63,379 nt of DNA, filler included, from Octopus bimaculoides (GCF_001194135.2; 6 parts of 5 records of this genome joined end to end with filler, not necessarily neighbours in it); one strand, 5' to 3'. Numbered from the whole stretch's first letter, positions 48,220-61,762 are shown. Made by a program: numbers and translations. Notes: generated from the letters alone by a model not told the origin.

Positions 48220-49280
48220 TGTGTGTTTGTGTGCTTGTGTGTGTGTGTATGTGTGTGCGTGTGTGTATGTTGTGTGCGCGCGCATGTGTGTGTATATGTG
48301 TGTGTGCGCGTGTGCGTGTGTGTGTGTGTGTGTTTGTGTCTAGGTGAATGTGTGTACATAGTTTCTCTAAAATGCAGCATTTTAAAAAGATCTCGTGTAT
48401 GTTCGATGTCGTACTTTTGATAGAATGTTAATGTTTGCCATTTCTAGCGAATAATGAGACCCTATTTCTGCAGAACTATGTTCTACAGTTTTTCAGGTGG
48501 GATTTCCATCACCTTGGCAATTAATTTGCAATCTATCTGACTTTTCTTTCGTCCGTCTGCTGAAATCCATATATAAACGCTTTCACTCGTTGCGTGTGAA
48601 TATACAATTAGAGAAAATGAGATTATTAATTGTACAAAATTGCAGAAGATTTAATTTTCTTTCATTATGAATTCCAATTCTATATTTTCGCATAACTCGT
48701 GTCCAGTTTTCATTCTTATCATTTCCAATTACAGCATTAAAATCTCCCATTATAAGAAATTCTTCATTTGGTGGAAGATAATTTATTACTTCTTGAAAGT
48801 TGTCAAAGAATTCTTGTGAATAATGAATGCCATAGCTGGAGTTTGGTACATACACTAGAAATATAATTATTCTTAATTTGAGGAGATCTCAAGTGTAATC
48901 TTCAATAACAATATATTATACGTTACTAGATTGTTTAAGAATAGTGAAATACTCGGTCTTTATGTGACATCGGTTCAGGAAGAATTTATTATTACCTGAA
49001 CGGAAAATAGGTGGAAGTACACAGAAGGAAAGGTGTATGGGGTGGGGCACTTGTAGAGCTTTGTCTCCTCTTCTTTCCAATCTCATTCTCATGTACATTA
49101 GCGAACTCCAAGTTCCAAAGAACCCAGTTCCATCGCTAATTTTTACATAATCACTCCTTCTTCCACAATGGTAGGTCTTTGTGTGGCCCAGAATGTTTTT
49201 CTTATTCCTATTCCCTCAATGTCAAATTTGTCAGTCATCCTCCACCGGTTGAATAAGCCGTCAGTCGAAAATAAAAGGCC
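46950..49280 (-). mobile_element. Old APE-RT LINE fragment (RTE/L2-like), split by a (TG)n tract
   Basis: Minus ORF 48583-48855 reads FLIMGDFNAVIG...GIHNERKLNLLQFCTINNLIFSNCIF (APE). The 47000-47350 minus strand has remnants HKEGNKLNPEN, FRPGRRTIDAVF and VFDTI (RT). Confidence 0.75.
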
Positions 49281-49289
49281 CAAGCAGGC

Positions 49290-49686
49290 CATGTAACGAC
49301 ACACGTGTTTTTCTCCGACTATCTGCTCCTTTCCCCCTTTTTCTCCTCTCTGAACTTTTTCCTCTTTCCGACGACGGAGAGCCATGTTCGAAACGTCAAT
49401 ACTACTTTTTCGTCAAAACCAACAGTTGAATATATTGACTGTGTTCGTCCAACTGACTTTTGTTGTTTTTTCGTGTTCTTGTTTTTGATTTGCCTATGTA
49501 TATATATCGTTGGCAATTTCATTCCTCGTCTTCTCTTCTTTTGGACTTTACTCTGTTTCCAAAGAAGAGCGTCTGCTCGAAACGTTAAACCAGCTTTCTT
49601 TCCTTTCCTGAGCGTCTGCTAATACATTACATGTACCACGTCCTCGCGTTGTTGTTGTTTTTTTGTGTTTGTTCTTTTGGGGATTT
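49290..49686 (+). repeat. Repeat with two tandem degenerate hammerhead-like motifs (probable PLE terminal repeat)
   Basis: CCGACGA..GAGCcatGTTC GAAACGTC at 49368-49397 and CCAAAGA A GAGCgtctGCTC GAAACGTT at 49559-49586. Confidence 0.45.
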
Positions 49687-50560
49687 NNNNNNNNNNNNNN
49701 NNNNNNNNNNNNNNNNNNNNNNNNNNNNNNNNNNNNNNNNNNNNNNNNNNNNNNNNNNNNNNNNNNNNNNNNNNNNNNNNNNNNNNNNNNNNNNNNNNNN
49801 NNNNNNNNNNNNNNNNNNNNNNNNNNNNNNNNNNNNNNNNNNNNNNNNNNNNNNNNNNNNNNNNNNNNNNNNNNNNNNNNNNNNNNNNNNNNNNNNNNNN
49901 NNNNNNNNNNNNNNNNNNNNNNNNNNNNNNNNNNNNNNNNNNNNNNNNNNNNNNNNNNNNNNNNNNNNNNNNNNNNNNNNNNNNNNNNNNNNNNNNNNNN
50001 NNNNNNNNNNNNNNNNNNNNNNNNNNNNNNNNNNNNNNNNNNNNNNNNNNNNNNNNNNNNNNNNNNNNNNNNNNNNNNNNNNNNNNNNNNNNNNNNNNNN
50101 NNNNNNNNNNNNNNNNNNNNNNNNNNNNNNNNNNNNNNNNNNNNNNNNNNNNNNNNNNNNNNNNNNNNNNNNNNNNNNNNNNNNNNNNNNNNNNNNNNNN
50201 NNNNNNNNNNNNNNNNNNNNNNNNNNNNNNNNNNNNNNNNNNNNNNNNNNNNNNNNNNNNNNNNNNGAGAAATAGTTTGATGAAATTCTATTTAACAATA
50301 GCAAAATTCTAATGCCAAGGCAAATTGTTTCGTAACTTAAAAACATGTAAATTAGAATTTCCTCGTCTAACTATTTCTCTGCCATTTATGACTTTATACA
50401 CTTCTTATCGTTTTCTCTTGTATCATACCATATATTCTATACGTTTTGTAGGATCATACATCAAGGAGTTTTTTTAGTTTTTTTTTTAGTATTATTGGAT
50501 TACTTAAATCCACACAGACACACACACACACACAGACACACACACACATACGCACACACA

Positions 50561-50662
<102 letters not shown>

Positions 50663-50684
50663 TACATATATATATATATATGTC

Positions 50685-50716
<32 letters not shown>

Positions 50717-50723
50717 TACATAC

Positions 50724-50774
<51 letters not shown>

Positions 50775-51174
50775 GTATATTTATATGCATATGTACATAC
50801 ATATATGTGCATAACTACATATATATGTATGTGTGTGTGTGTGTGTGTGTGTTTGTGTGTGTGTGCGTGTGTACTCGCGTACAGAGATATTTAACACACT
50901 CGAGTGTATTAGGACCTGAGAGGAACTTTCGCTTCAGAAATAGTCCAGAATAGTCCAGAATAGTCCAGGAGAAAAGTTCCCTCCTAGACAACTGTAGAAA
51001 CATATACTGAGCTGTGGATGACGTCAGACAGTCAAACCAACACACAAAAAAAAGAGAGATATTTGCGCATGTATATTACGACATACACAAGAATGTGTTT
51101 ATGTATGTAGATTTAGGCATATGCTGCCTCTTATAAGATGAAAAAAGCTACTGCCAGCCGCAACAAAGCACACG

Positions 51175-51209
<35 letters not shown>

Positions 51210-51293
51210 AAGCTCACACACGTACACATACATTTGTACATACAAAGCAAAGAAATAAGAGAGATTAAAGGAAAGAAAGGAAGGGTGGAAGGA

Positions 51294-51395
51294 TGAAGAA
51301 GAAGAAGAAAAAGAAGAAGAAGAAGAAGAAGAAGAAGAAGAAGAAGAAGAAGAAGAAGAAGAAGAAGAAGAAGAAGAAGAAGAAGAAGAAGAAGA
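51294..51395. repeat. (GAA)n microsatellite
   Basis: Directly visible. Confidence 0.95.
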
Positions 51396-51773
51396 AGGGT
51401 GGAGGAGGAGGAAGATAAGGAGGTGGTGCAGAACAACTGCAACAATAAGAACAACAAGAATTTATGAACTAAATGAATGTTTGCCCTGAATCCGCCCACG
51501 ACATTCAACTCTCCAAGTTTCTATTTCAAATTCGGTTATCTCTTGTCTGCTCACTTCGCCACCACCTGCTGACATAAGGGTATGAAGGGTATGTGTATGT
51601 GGGTGGTATGTGCGGGTGTGTGTGTGCATGTCTGTGTGTGGGGTATAAATGTATATATGGAGAAATGTATGTAGGCATGTACGTAGGTATGTAGCTATGT
51701 ATGAATACATGCACATATAAATGTTAGTATCTATATATGTATGTGTGTGCATATATATATATATATATATATA

Positions 51774-51873
51774 NNNNNNNNNNNNNNNNNNNNNNNNNNN
51801 NNNNNNNNNNNNNNNNNTTAATTAATTAANNNNNNNNNNNNNNNNNNNNNNNNNNNNNNNNNNNNNNNNNNNN
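51774..51873. other. Artificial scaffold-join spacer
   Basis: 44 N + TTAATTAATTAA (51818-51829) + 44 N. Confidence 0.95.
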
Positions 51874-51929
51874 CATATATATATATATATATATATATAT
51901 AGATATATATCCATCTATATATGTCTGTA

Positions 51930-51969
<40 letters not shown>

Positions 51970-52487
51970 CAAACACATCTTAATTTTATGCTATTGTTCA
52001 GGTAAATCCAACTGAAGAAGACTAATCAAATTTACGATAACAAATGTATTTGAAGAGTCCGAAACCAAGGTACTAGATTATCCGATTCTGGGTCGTCCAT
52101 TTATCTAATGTTCTTCCGAGAGGTAAGACGAAATTTCTTATGTTCGCTGTCCTCACACGACTTTCACAGGATATCCACAGTGAAGCTTTACTATAGCGTC
52201 GTAAATTTATCGACTGGTAAAAAGAGAAACGAACACACAATTCAGCGAGAAAAGTATATATAACGCATTTGACCCATATTTTTTCCCAAAATCTGTTTAA
52301 TATATAACCTCGGGTCTTATATGTAAAGTAGGTCTCCTAAGATAAAATCTCATGCTTTGAAGCACTAACAACTTTTTCACCTCAGTTATGCGTTGCTGAA
52401 GTTGGAGTGTGTTGAATATCTTGCGTTTTTTAGGCCTTCAATTACGGTATCCATGCATCGTGAATATATGAGGTATACTTTAACGTG

Positions 52488-52527
<40 letters not shown>

Positions 52528-52559
52528 CGTGCGTGCGTGTGTGTGTTTATGTTTGTATA

Positions 52560-52900
52560 CAAAATTGAAGGCTTGTGGTTTAATGGTTAGGGTATTCGGT
52601 TTACGACCGTAAAGTCCTGAGTTCGATTCGAGGCGGCGTGTTGATCCTTGAGCAAAGCTCTTTTGTTTCTCATGCTGCTCCAGTACATTCAGCGAGCAAA
52701 AATGAGTACCTATAATGCAATCGACCTTCTTTGTCACGCTGAATCTTCCCGAGGTCTACGATAAGTGCACGCGGGATTGTGGAATGCTCAGCCACTTGCA
52801 AGTACATTTCATGAGCAAGTAAGCTGTTTCGCTGATCGGGTCTCTTAGAATCCTTGTTGTCGTAACCGCTATTTGCCAGTTGTTCTGTGTAAATAAAAAC
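52560..52900 (+). mobile_element. Diverged family-A-related SINE
   Basis: GTGGTTTAATGGTTAGGG...GAGTTCGATTC head, with body motifs GTCACGCTGAATCTTCCCGAG and GCTCAGCCACTTGCA. Confidence 0.7.
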
Positions 52901-53010
52901 AAGCACTAAGATGAATGAGCCAACGAGAAACTTTCTTTATCCGACGGCCAGAAATGACTTTCAAAATACATTCAAATCATGGAATACTGAAGAAAGATAT
53001 ATATAGCTTT

Positions 53011-53402
53011 TTGTTGTTGTTGGCACTCCGTCGCTTACGACGTCGAGGGTTCCAGTTGATCCGATCAACGGAACAGCATGCTCGTGAAATTAACGTGCAA
53101 TGGCTGAGCACTCCACAGACATGTGTACCCATAACGTAGTTCTTGGGGATATTCAGCGTGACACAGTGTGTGACAAGGCTGACCCTTTGAATTACAGGCA
53201 CAATAGAAACAGGAAGATAGAGTGAGAGAAAGTTGCGATGAAAGAGTACAGCGGGGTCCGCCACCATCCCCCTGCCGGAGCCTCGTGGAGCTTTAGGTGT
53301 TTTCGCCCAATAAACACTCACAACGCCTGGTGGTCTGGGAATCGAAACCGCGATCGTATGACCGCGAGTCTGCTGCCCTAACCACTGGGTCATTGCGCCT
53401 CC
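53011..53402 (-). mobile_element. tRNA-derived SINE, family A (full length)
   Basis: Reverse complement of the 44252-44638 element. Confidence 0.9.
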
Positions 53403-54485
53403 ATATATAGCTTTAGATATCCAACATCTGGAAATATATGGAACGGTTGTGGTTTTAATGCTTTTCATCACATGAAAAGTCTATGATGCAGTTTACTAGT
53501 CATCGAGGTGTGATCTCAAGTTAAATACCAGTGACAATGACAAGGACAATATCCGCGAAGACCAAAGTTATATATTTACAGCGTAAGTTGGAGGAAATCG
53601 GTAACTGATCTCTGTTAGCAACTATTTCATTAAGAACTATGACGTAACACTCTCCTCTAGCTCAATAATTGAACTTTCAGAATTATTCACTGAATTAAAC
53701 TACAATAAATCCCGTCTCCGAAGAGACATTTTAATTCTGTTGCACAAATGAAGCGTTTCAAAATGAAATTAATGGAATAAAACAAGATCTAGTCAATAAT
53801 GAAGTAATACAAATAATTTAGTAGAGCGAACTATAGAACAATACAACAACAAATTCTGTGTCATAAATAGAACAAACGCAGTCAAATACCAGATAAAAAC
53901 AACCGGACCTTATATAGAAGTATTGAACCAAATGTAGCCTGGTGATATAATCACGTTATTAAGAATCACATCGAATGAAAGCACTGCGGTTATTATTATA
54001 ACCAACGATGAAATCGTATTAATAATATATTATAAAACGCAACAATCCAAGAAATAAATTGTCAATAACAAGCCACAAGCCTACCGAGAGCTGAATCAAC
54101 ATTAGATGATTAATGTAATTATACAAATTTATATGTGAACGAACTTAATGACACTAATTGTGACTTTAGACGTAGAATTTCTACATTTTCCACGCCATGG
54201 AAATGCATTATATTTTGTATATGGCAAAATATAAGTGCATTAATGACAAACGTTAGTTGATGACCTATTACAATCCTCTGTCACGGGAGATCGGCCATCT
54301 TGGAGAGTTCCGAGTGTTAATTCTTAATCTCGTACTTTTACTCTCGATCGCAAACTTTTGCCTCAGCGTTTATTCCGCAGGGACGTAAACAAACCAGCAT
54401 CAGTTGTACAGTATTTGGGGAAGACACGCACAAAGACACACACACATATACATACACATGCATAATTAAATACACACACGCACAT

Positions 54486-54517
<32 letters not shown>

Positions 54518-56216
54518 GTGTGTGAGTGTGTAGTGGCTGTGTGGTAAGTAGCTTGCTTACCAACCACATGGTTCCGGGTTCATTCCCACTACGTGACACC
54601 TTCGGCAAGTTTCTTCTACTATAGCCACGGGCCGACCACAGCCTTGTGAATGGATTTGGTAGACGGAAACTGAAAGAAGCTAGTCGTATATATGTATATA
54701 TATACATGTATGCGTGTGTATATGTTTGTGTGCTTGTGCCCCCCCCCCCAACATCGCTTGACACCCGATTGGTGTGTGTTTACGTNNNNNNNNNNNNNNN
54801 NNNNNNNNNNNNNNNNNNNNACGGGCCGACCACAGCCTTGTGAATGGATTTGGTAGACGGAAACTGAAAGAAGCTAGTCGTATATATGTATATATATACA
54901 TGTATGCGTGTGTATATGTTTGTGTGCTTGTGCCCCCCCCCCCAACATCGCTTGACACCCGATTGGTGTGTGTTTACGTTCCCGTAACTTAGCGGTTCGG
55001 CAACAGACCGATAGAATAAGTACTAGGCTTACAAAGAATAATTCCTGGGGTTGATTTGGTCGAGTAAAGGCGGTGCTCTAGCATAGCCGCAGTCAAATGA
55101 CTGAAACAAAGAGTGTATATATATATATATATATAATACAAATAATAAATGAGTATATGCATATATACGTACATGTATGTACATACTTACATCTACCCAG
55201 ATGCATATCTGGGTACAGGACATTATAAACAAAGCGTAGACAAAATGATAAACGAGTACAGAAGACATACAGGCCACATAGAGAACATCTCCTTCATCAG
55301 CTGCCCCCCGTTCTAACACAGGCGTTTCGAAGAGTTAGAGCAGGACGCATCGTTAAAACGGCTCTTCCGACCGAACGCTTAGCGTCCTTCCTTGCAAGTA
55401 TATATATATATATACGACGGGTTCCTCACAGTTTTTGACGACTATATCACGCTTAAAACTTTTGTTGGCCCACGGTGATGGTAGAAGACATATGATGAAA
55501 GGACCACATAGTGGGACTGAACCTAAAACTTCTTAACCGCACAACCATGCCTATACCTAAAAATACAAAATTCTAAAACGTTCACTTGAATATTAGCGTC
55601 CCCTAATTTAAGAAGGGAATAGAAAATACCCCAAAATTCTAAATACATTTCGTGTAAGCAATTTTTTTAAAGAACAGATTGAACCAGTAAGGGAACTGCT
55701 ATGCGGTAAATCGCTGAACTAGAAATACTAGCCAAATCTCTCAAAATGATTGTTTTAAGAGAGAGGAACCGCTGGAGAAGGTAGTTCTAGATATATTGTC
55801 TGAAGAAATAAATAGCTAGAAGACATTTGGTCATAGATCTGTCCGACGTGGGGAAAAATACTTGAAAATAAGCATCGACAAAAACATCTGCTAACGATAG
55901 ATACCAGATACCGCATCAAAATTAAAGTCTGGTTGTCGAAAGAAAATGGACGCCAGCAACTCTAAAAACTATTTCAAGTTAAATAATAATGGACGTGAAC
56001 AAGGCAACATTATTCCCACGATATCATCTATAATATGACTGAAATAACTTTCACTACTAAAATTAGATTCTTGCAGAAAATGAATTCTGAAAGTTTTCGA
56101 AATGTTGATAGACCTCGGGAATTAATTGTTTCAAAGAAAACGTGAAGGCTTAATGGGGAAATAGGAAAAATGTTTAATAAACAAAGGGAATAAAAATATA
56201 GTGTATAAGCGTATTT

Positions 56217-56261
<45 letters not shown>

Positions 56262-56361
56262 NNNNNNNNNNNNNNNNNNNNNNNNNNNNNNNNNNNNNNN
56301 NNNNNTTAATTAATTAANNNNNNNNNNNNNNNNNNNNNNNNNNNNNNNNNNNNNNNNNNNN
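56262..56361. other. Artificial scaffold-join spacer
   Basis: 44 N + TTAATTAATTAA (56306-56317) + 44 N. Confidence 0.95.
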
Positions 56362-56446
56362 ACATATATATAAATATATATATATACATATATATAAATA
56401 TATATATATACATATATATAAATATATATATATATACATATATATG

Positions 56447-56482
<36 letters not shown>

Positions 56483-56878
56483 CATACATACATATTCACA
56501 TACATATAGATACATACATATATATAAATAGATATATATATACGCGCGCACACGCTTACACACGTATAAAACGATACGTGAATGTATGGATGGACATACA
56601 CACTCACATTGTAAACGTGTGTGTTATTCATCGGAAATATATGTTGATAGGGCTACAATCTGAGCCGTGCCGAAGATGTATGTATGTATGTATGTATGTA
56701 AAATAGACAGACAGACAGATGCAGAGAGAGAGAGAGAGAAAAAGAGAGAAATGTATACGTAGATAGATATACAAATAGTCAGAGAGACAGACTTAACATA
56801 CATTATATGAGCAATCTTACATCTATATATGTATCGCCCCCTGCCTCCTTCGTCTACGTGTTATCTACATTATCTATG

Positions 56879-56919
<41 letters not shown>

Positions 56920-57079
56920 TAATATTTATGGACATATCTATACACACACGCGTCATTATATAATCTTAATAACCTGATGGCTTTTAACGCACAAGTCTCT
57001 TTGAGATATTTCTCTGAGACAAAATTTAGCAGTTAGTGCCACTCCAAAGTCTGTATATATATAATCATGCATCACAACC

Positions 57080-57490
57080 TATGTGTGCGCGACATGGTGA
57101 TCTCATATCAAGATAAACAGCGCATGACCTCGTAGGTGGGGCCCAGTTAGAATTTTCTTCAGGCTGAGTAGCCCATCCCGCTCAAAAGGTCCCTCAATAA
57201 GGGTTGTTTAAGGATGTTGAATGAAACACCCGTTTCCAAAGGTGAATTATCCAAACCCCAAAGAATTCCTCTCAACACATGGCTATGATGCTCCCCCACT
57301 ACTTCTGCTCATGATCAGAGATGCACATATCGTCAGCCACCAAGGGACATGCTCAACTAGTTCAGGTCAAACAACTGACAAATCTGAGGTATTTGGCTAG
57401 AATATTTGCTGTAGTCCATCTTTTATACCAAGACAAAATAATGTACATCATAACACTTCCATTCAATTAAGATCAGACGCCATGAGAACC
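57080..57490 (-). mobile_element. Interspersed repeat, family D
   Basis: Reverse complement of 59310-59664 (for example CATGGCTATGATGCTCCCCCACTACTTCTGCTC). Confidence 0.85.
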
Positions 57491-58816
57491 ACTGTCTGGT
57501 ACTGCATCAGGGCTATTATTATTATAACTTGGAAGGCGAAATACCAAAATACATAGCACAAAATTCCTGCAATACTCAACCTTGAACTGGCATTTTTTGG
57601 GAGGTTCCTTTAAGTGTATAGTCCCTGAAAAGGCGAAAAGCAGAGTTTGGCATAGGTGGGATTTGACCCCAGAATGTAAAGATCCCGAATATATAACCAC
57701 AAGGTATCTTGCCTGATCCTCTAATAGTTCTGCCACTTCACCACATTGGATATTTTATCTTTTTTATCTCTGTCTTGTTTCAGTTATTTGATGCTACCAT
57801 GCTGGAGCACCGCCTTGAAGAATTTTTAATGGACTTATTTTCGTTCTCTAAGCCCGATATTTATTCTATCGGTTCTTTTTGCTGAAACGCTAAGTTACGG
57901 GGACGTAAACACACCAACACCGAATGTCAAGTGGCGATGGGGGACAAACACAGACACAAAGACAGAATACTCACAAGCACGCCCACACACACACACATGT
58001 ACGACGAGATTCTTTCAGTTTCCGTCTTACAAGGATTTGGTCGACCTGAGATTATAGAAGAAGACACTTGCCCAAGGTGACACGCAGTGGCACTGAACCC
58101 AGAACTATGTGGTTGGGAAGCATGCTACTTACCATACTGCGCCGTCATGTATATATTCTATCAACCATGAAAGGATAAATAAAAAAACTGAGCTAACCTT
58201 AATGAGGTTTGAACTCAGAACCTAAAGAGCCGGAACAAATGTGCCAAGCATTTGTCCGGCGCGTTAACGATTCTGCCGGCTTACCTCATTCATACAAAGA
58301 AATATAAGCAGCCGACAACCTCTGATAAACAGTCAACGACCTTTGATAAGCAGCCAATAAGCTTTCACAAATAATCGACAATATCTAATACAAACAGTCA
58401 ATCAACAGACGCGGCTGTGTTGCAAGTAGTTTGTTTTAGAACCACATGGTTCTAGGTTCGATCCCACTGCCTGGCACCTTCAGTAAGAGTTTTCTACTAT
58501 AGCCTCGTGCCTACATACGCCGTCGGAGAGGATTTCGCAGACGAGAAGGAAACTGAAAGAAGCCCGTAATATATATATATAGAGAGAGAGAGAGAGAAAG
58601 AGAAAGAGAGAGAGAGAGAAAGAGAGGGAGAAAGAGAGAGAGAGAGGCAGGTGTGGATGTGTGGATAAGAGCTTGCTTCCAAACTATATGGTTCCAGGCT
58701 CAGTCCCACTGCGTGGAACCTTTAGCAAGATTTTTTTATTATAGCCTCAGGGATGCATAAGCCTTCGGAGTGGACTTCGTAGACGAGAGGGAAACTGAAA
58801 GAAGCCCGTAATATAC

Positions 58817-58847
<31 letters not shown>

Positions 58848-59309
58848 GCGTGCGTGTGTATGTACATTCATAGATATAATACAACGGTCTAATTTGCCTA
58901 ACCCAGTTAATGTCGTCGATTGTGTTTTAGTTAAAGCTACGGTTATAATTAAGTCTGTCCAGAGTTGCCTCTCTCGGGTATTTCCCATTGATAACGGCTA
59001 AACAGCTAGAAATGCGTCTTCTGGGAATGCGACAGGTGGCAACACTTGGACAGATATAGTTTTTACACCTTTGTACTATAAGACAAAATCAGTTAGACGT
59101 AAGGACACAGTCAATAACATAAGCAGTCAACAGACTGGCAACAATCAGTCAATTAATTTTGCTAAAAGCTATCAATTAAACTCGGCTGTTATGTCTTTAA
59201 AAGAGAAACCATGTGATTCAGTTTAGGAGCGTTTGCATAGTCACGTGACCTGATAAAATATGCAAAATGTTCGTATTTCGTCATCAATTAATTCTATATA
59301 TAACAGGCC

Positions 59310-59664
59310 TGGCTCTCATGGCTTCTGATCTTAATTGATTGGAAGTGTTATCATGTACATTGTTTTGTCTTGGTATAAAAGATGGGCTACAGTAAATATC
59401 CTGCTTAATACTACAGATTTGCTTGTCAGTTGCTTGACCGTAACCAGTTGAGCATGTCCCTTGGTGGCTGACGATATGTGCATCTCTGGTCACGAGCAGA
59501 AGTAGTGGGGGAGCATCATAGCCATGTGTTGAGAGGAATTCTTTGGGGTTTGAATAATTCACCTTTGGAAACATGGGTGTTTTGCTCAGCATCCTTAAAC
59601 AAACCTTATTCAGGGATGGGCTACCCGACCTGAAGAAAATTCTAACTGGGCCCCACCTGCAAAG
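59310..59664 (+). mobile_element. Interspersed repeat, family D (cut by a gap)
   Basis: GAGCAGAAGTAGTGGGGGAGCATCATAGCCATG...CTGAAGAAAATTCTAACTGGGCCCCACCTGCAAG, inverted relative to 57080-57490. Confidence 0.85.
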
Positions 59665-60514
59665 NNNNNNNNNNNNNNNNNNNNNNNNNNNNNNNNNNNN
59701 NNNNNNNNNNNNNNNNNNNNNNNNNNNNNNNNNNNNNNNNNNNNNNNNNNNNNNNNNNNNNNNNNNNNNNNNNNNNNNNNNNNNNNNNNNNNNNNNNNNN
59801 NNNNNNNNNNNNNNNNNNNNNNNNNNNNNNNNNNNNNNNNNNNNNNNNNNNNNNNNNNNNNNNNNNNNNNNNNNNNNNNNNNNNNNNNNNNNNNNNNNNN
59901 NNNNNNNNNNNNNNNNNNNNNNNNNNNNNNNNNNNNNNNNNNNNNNNNNNNNNNNNNNNNNNNNNNNNNNNNNNNNNNNNNNNNNNNNNNNNNNNNNNNN
60001 NNNNNNNNNNNNNNNNNNNNNNNNNNNNNNNNNNNNNNNNNNNNNNNNNNNNNNNNNNNNNNNNNNNNNNNNNNNNNNNNNNNNNNNNNNNNNNNNNNNN
60101 NNNNNNNNNNNNNNNNNNNNNNNNNNNNNNNNNNNNNNNNNNNNNNNNNNNNNNNNNNNNNNNNNNNNNNNNNNNNNNNNNNNNNNNNNNNNNNNNNNNN
60201 NNNNNNNNNNNNNNNNNNNNNNNNNNNNNNNNNNNNNNNNNNNNNNNNNNNNNNNNNNNNNNNNNNNNNNNNNNNNNNNNNNNNNNNNNNNNNNAATAAT
60301 AATAATAATAAAAATATATATAACATACAGAAAATTGCACTACTGGGTACTGCACACATTCTACGCAAAACACTTTCAATACAGTAAACATAAGAGCACC
60401 ACAACAAACCACAGCACATACCCAAGGCGCACAGAGCTGCGTTCGGTAGTGAAGTGAAAGCACGTTATAAAAATAAAACTACTGAACAATAATAATAATA
60501 ATAACAACGGTTAG

Positions 60515-61190
60515 TGTTTTCTGGCTTAAAATCAGAGACGGAAGGGTTTATCATAGCAGCCCAAGATCAATGCCTTCCTACAAGGAGCTACCAGGTCGTC
60601 ATCTTAAAGAACGGCAATAACCCAGCTTGTCGTGTAAGTAAATTACAAAATGAAACCACCGATCACGTTGTCTCCATGTTCAGTTTTCTTGCGCCTACAG
60701 AGTATCTCAACGGGCATGATAGAGCAGCACAGTCCATTCACGGGTAATTTGCAAAGACTTGGACCTGTCCCATGACGAAAACTGGTGAGAACACAAACCA
60801 CCTCCAGTGCTTGAAAATAACCACACCTCATTCCTTTGGAGCTTCACCGTTCAAACTGACAGAAAGATAGATGCAAATCTGTCAGACATTGAAGGACTTC
60901 AGACAAAAATCTAGCCTCCTTATCGATATGACTGATCCAATCAACATAAGTGTATCTGTCAAGACCTACCATAAACTGAGCAAGTATAAAGATGTTGAAA
61001 TAGAAATTGCTAAAATGTGGAACCTCAAGACTAAAACAATATCTGTTGTCATAGGTGCCGTAGAAATAATAGTCAAAGGGGCTGATTGCTACTTAGTTAA
61101 GATATCAGGGAATCCTGAAGTGGAATAAATTCAAAACATAGTGCTCGTGGGAACTGCCCCTATCCTATGCAAAATATTGTTTATGTAATG
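60515..61190 (+). mobile_element. 5'-truncated RLE-type non-LTR retrotransposon (R4/Dong-like) 3' end
   Basis: GLKSETEGFIIAAQDQCLPTRSY...CRV...ETTDHVVS...EYLNGHDRAA and LLIDMTDPINISVSVKTYHKLSKYKDVEIEIAKMW...VVIGA. The 5' side is preceded by (AAT)n. Confidence 0.85.
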
Positions 61191-61516
61191 CCAAAAATAT
61201 TTAAACCCGTAAACAGCGTCAAAATACTTCTAAATGTATAGAACAGCAAACACCTTTTACTGTCATCTTAACATCAGTCTATCATTTTATAATCAAATTA
61301 CTTTTAAAACAAACTTGTAATTTATTTATGTTTTGACAGACATTCAGACATTCTCTGGAACAATACTCTGTGCAAAACTAAATATATGGCACCCTAGTCA
61401 TAACACAAACTTGAACTTCTAACTTGTCTCTTGAGGTCTCTGGGTGAGACTTGGAGTCAACTTGTACAAATACAAAGTAAAAGCCAAACAAATAATAATA
61501 ATAATCATTTCTACTT

Positions 61517-61700
61517 AGGCGGTGAGATGGCAGAAACTTTAGTACGCCGGGCGAAATGTTTAGCGGTATTTCGTCTGCCTTTACGTTCTGAGTTCAAATT
61601 TCGCCGAGGTCGACTTTGCCTTTCATCCTTTCGGGGTCGATAAATTAAGCACCAGTTAAGCACTGGTGTCGATGTAATCGATTTAATCCCTTTGTCTATC
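61517..61700 (+). mobile_element. tRNA-derived SINE, family C (other copies near 36848-36960 -, 37000-37190 -, 37760-37925 +, 43730-43935 -, 57640-57745 -, 58160-58285 -, 63200-63325 -)
   Basis: Shared GGCGGTGAGxTGGCAGAA...GTTCTGAGTTCAAATT..GCCGAGGTCGACTTTGCCTTTCATCCTTTCGGGGTCGATAAA. Confidence 0.85.
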
Positions 61701-61762
61701 CTTGTTTGTCTCCTCTATATATTATATATATATGTATGTAATATATATATATATATATATAT

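Noticed and set aside
52050-52072. TTGAAGAGTCCGAAACCAAGGTA hammerhead-like string
   Set aside because: Core mismatch, a 1-bp stem II and no stem I. It is too weak without a family consensus.
54627-54979. Near-exact ~158-bp tandem duplication around a 35-N gap
   Set aside because: Identical sequence either side of a small gap is typical of unmerged contig overlap or allelic duplication.
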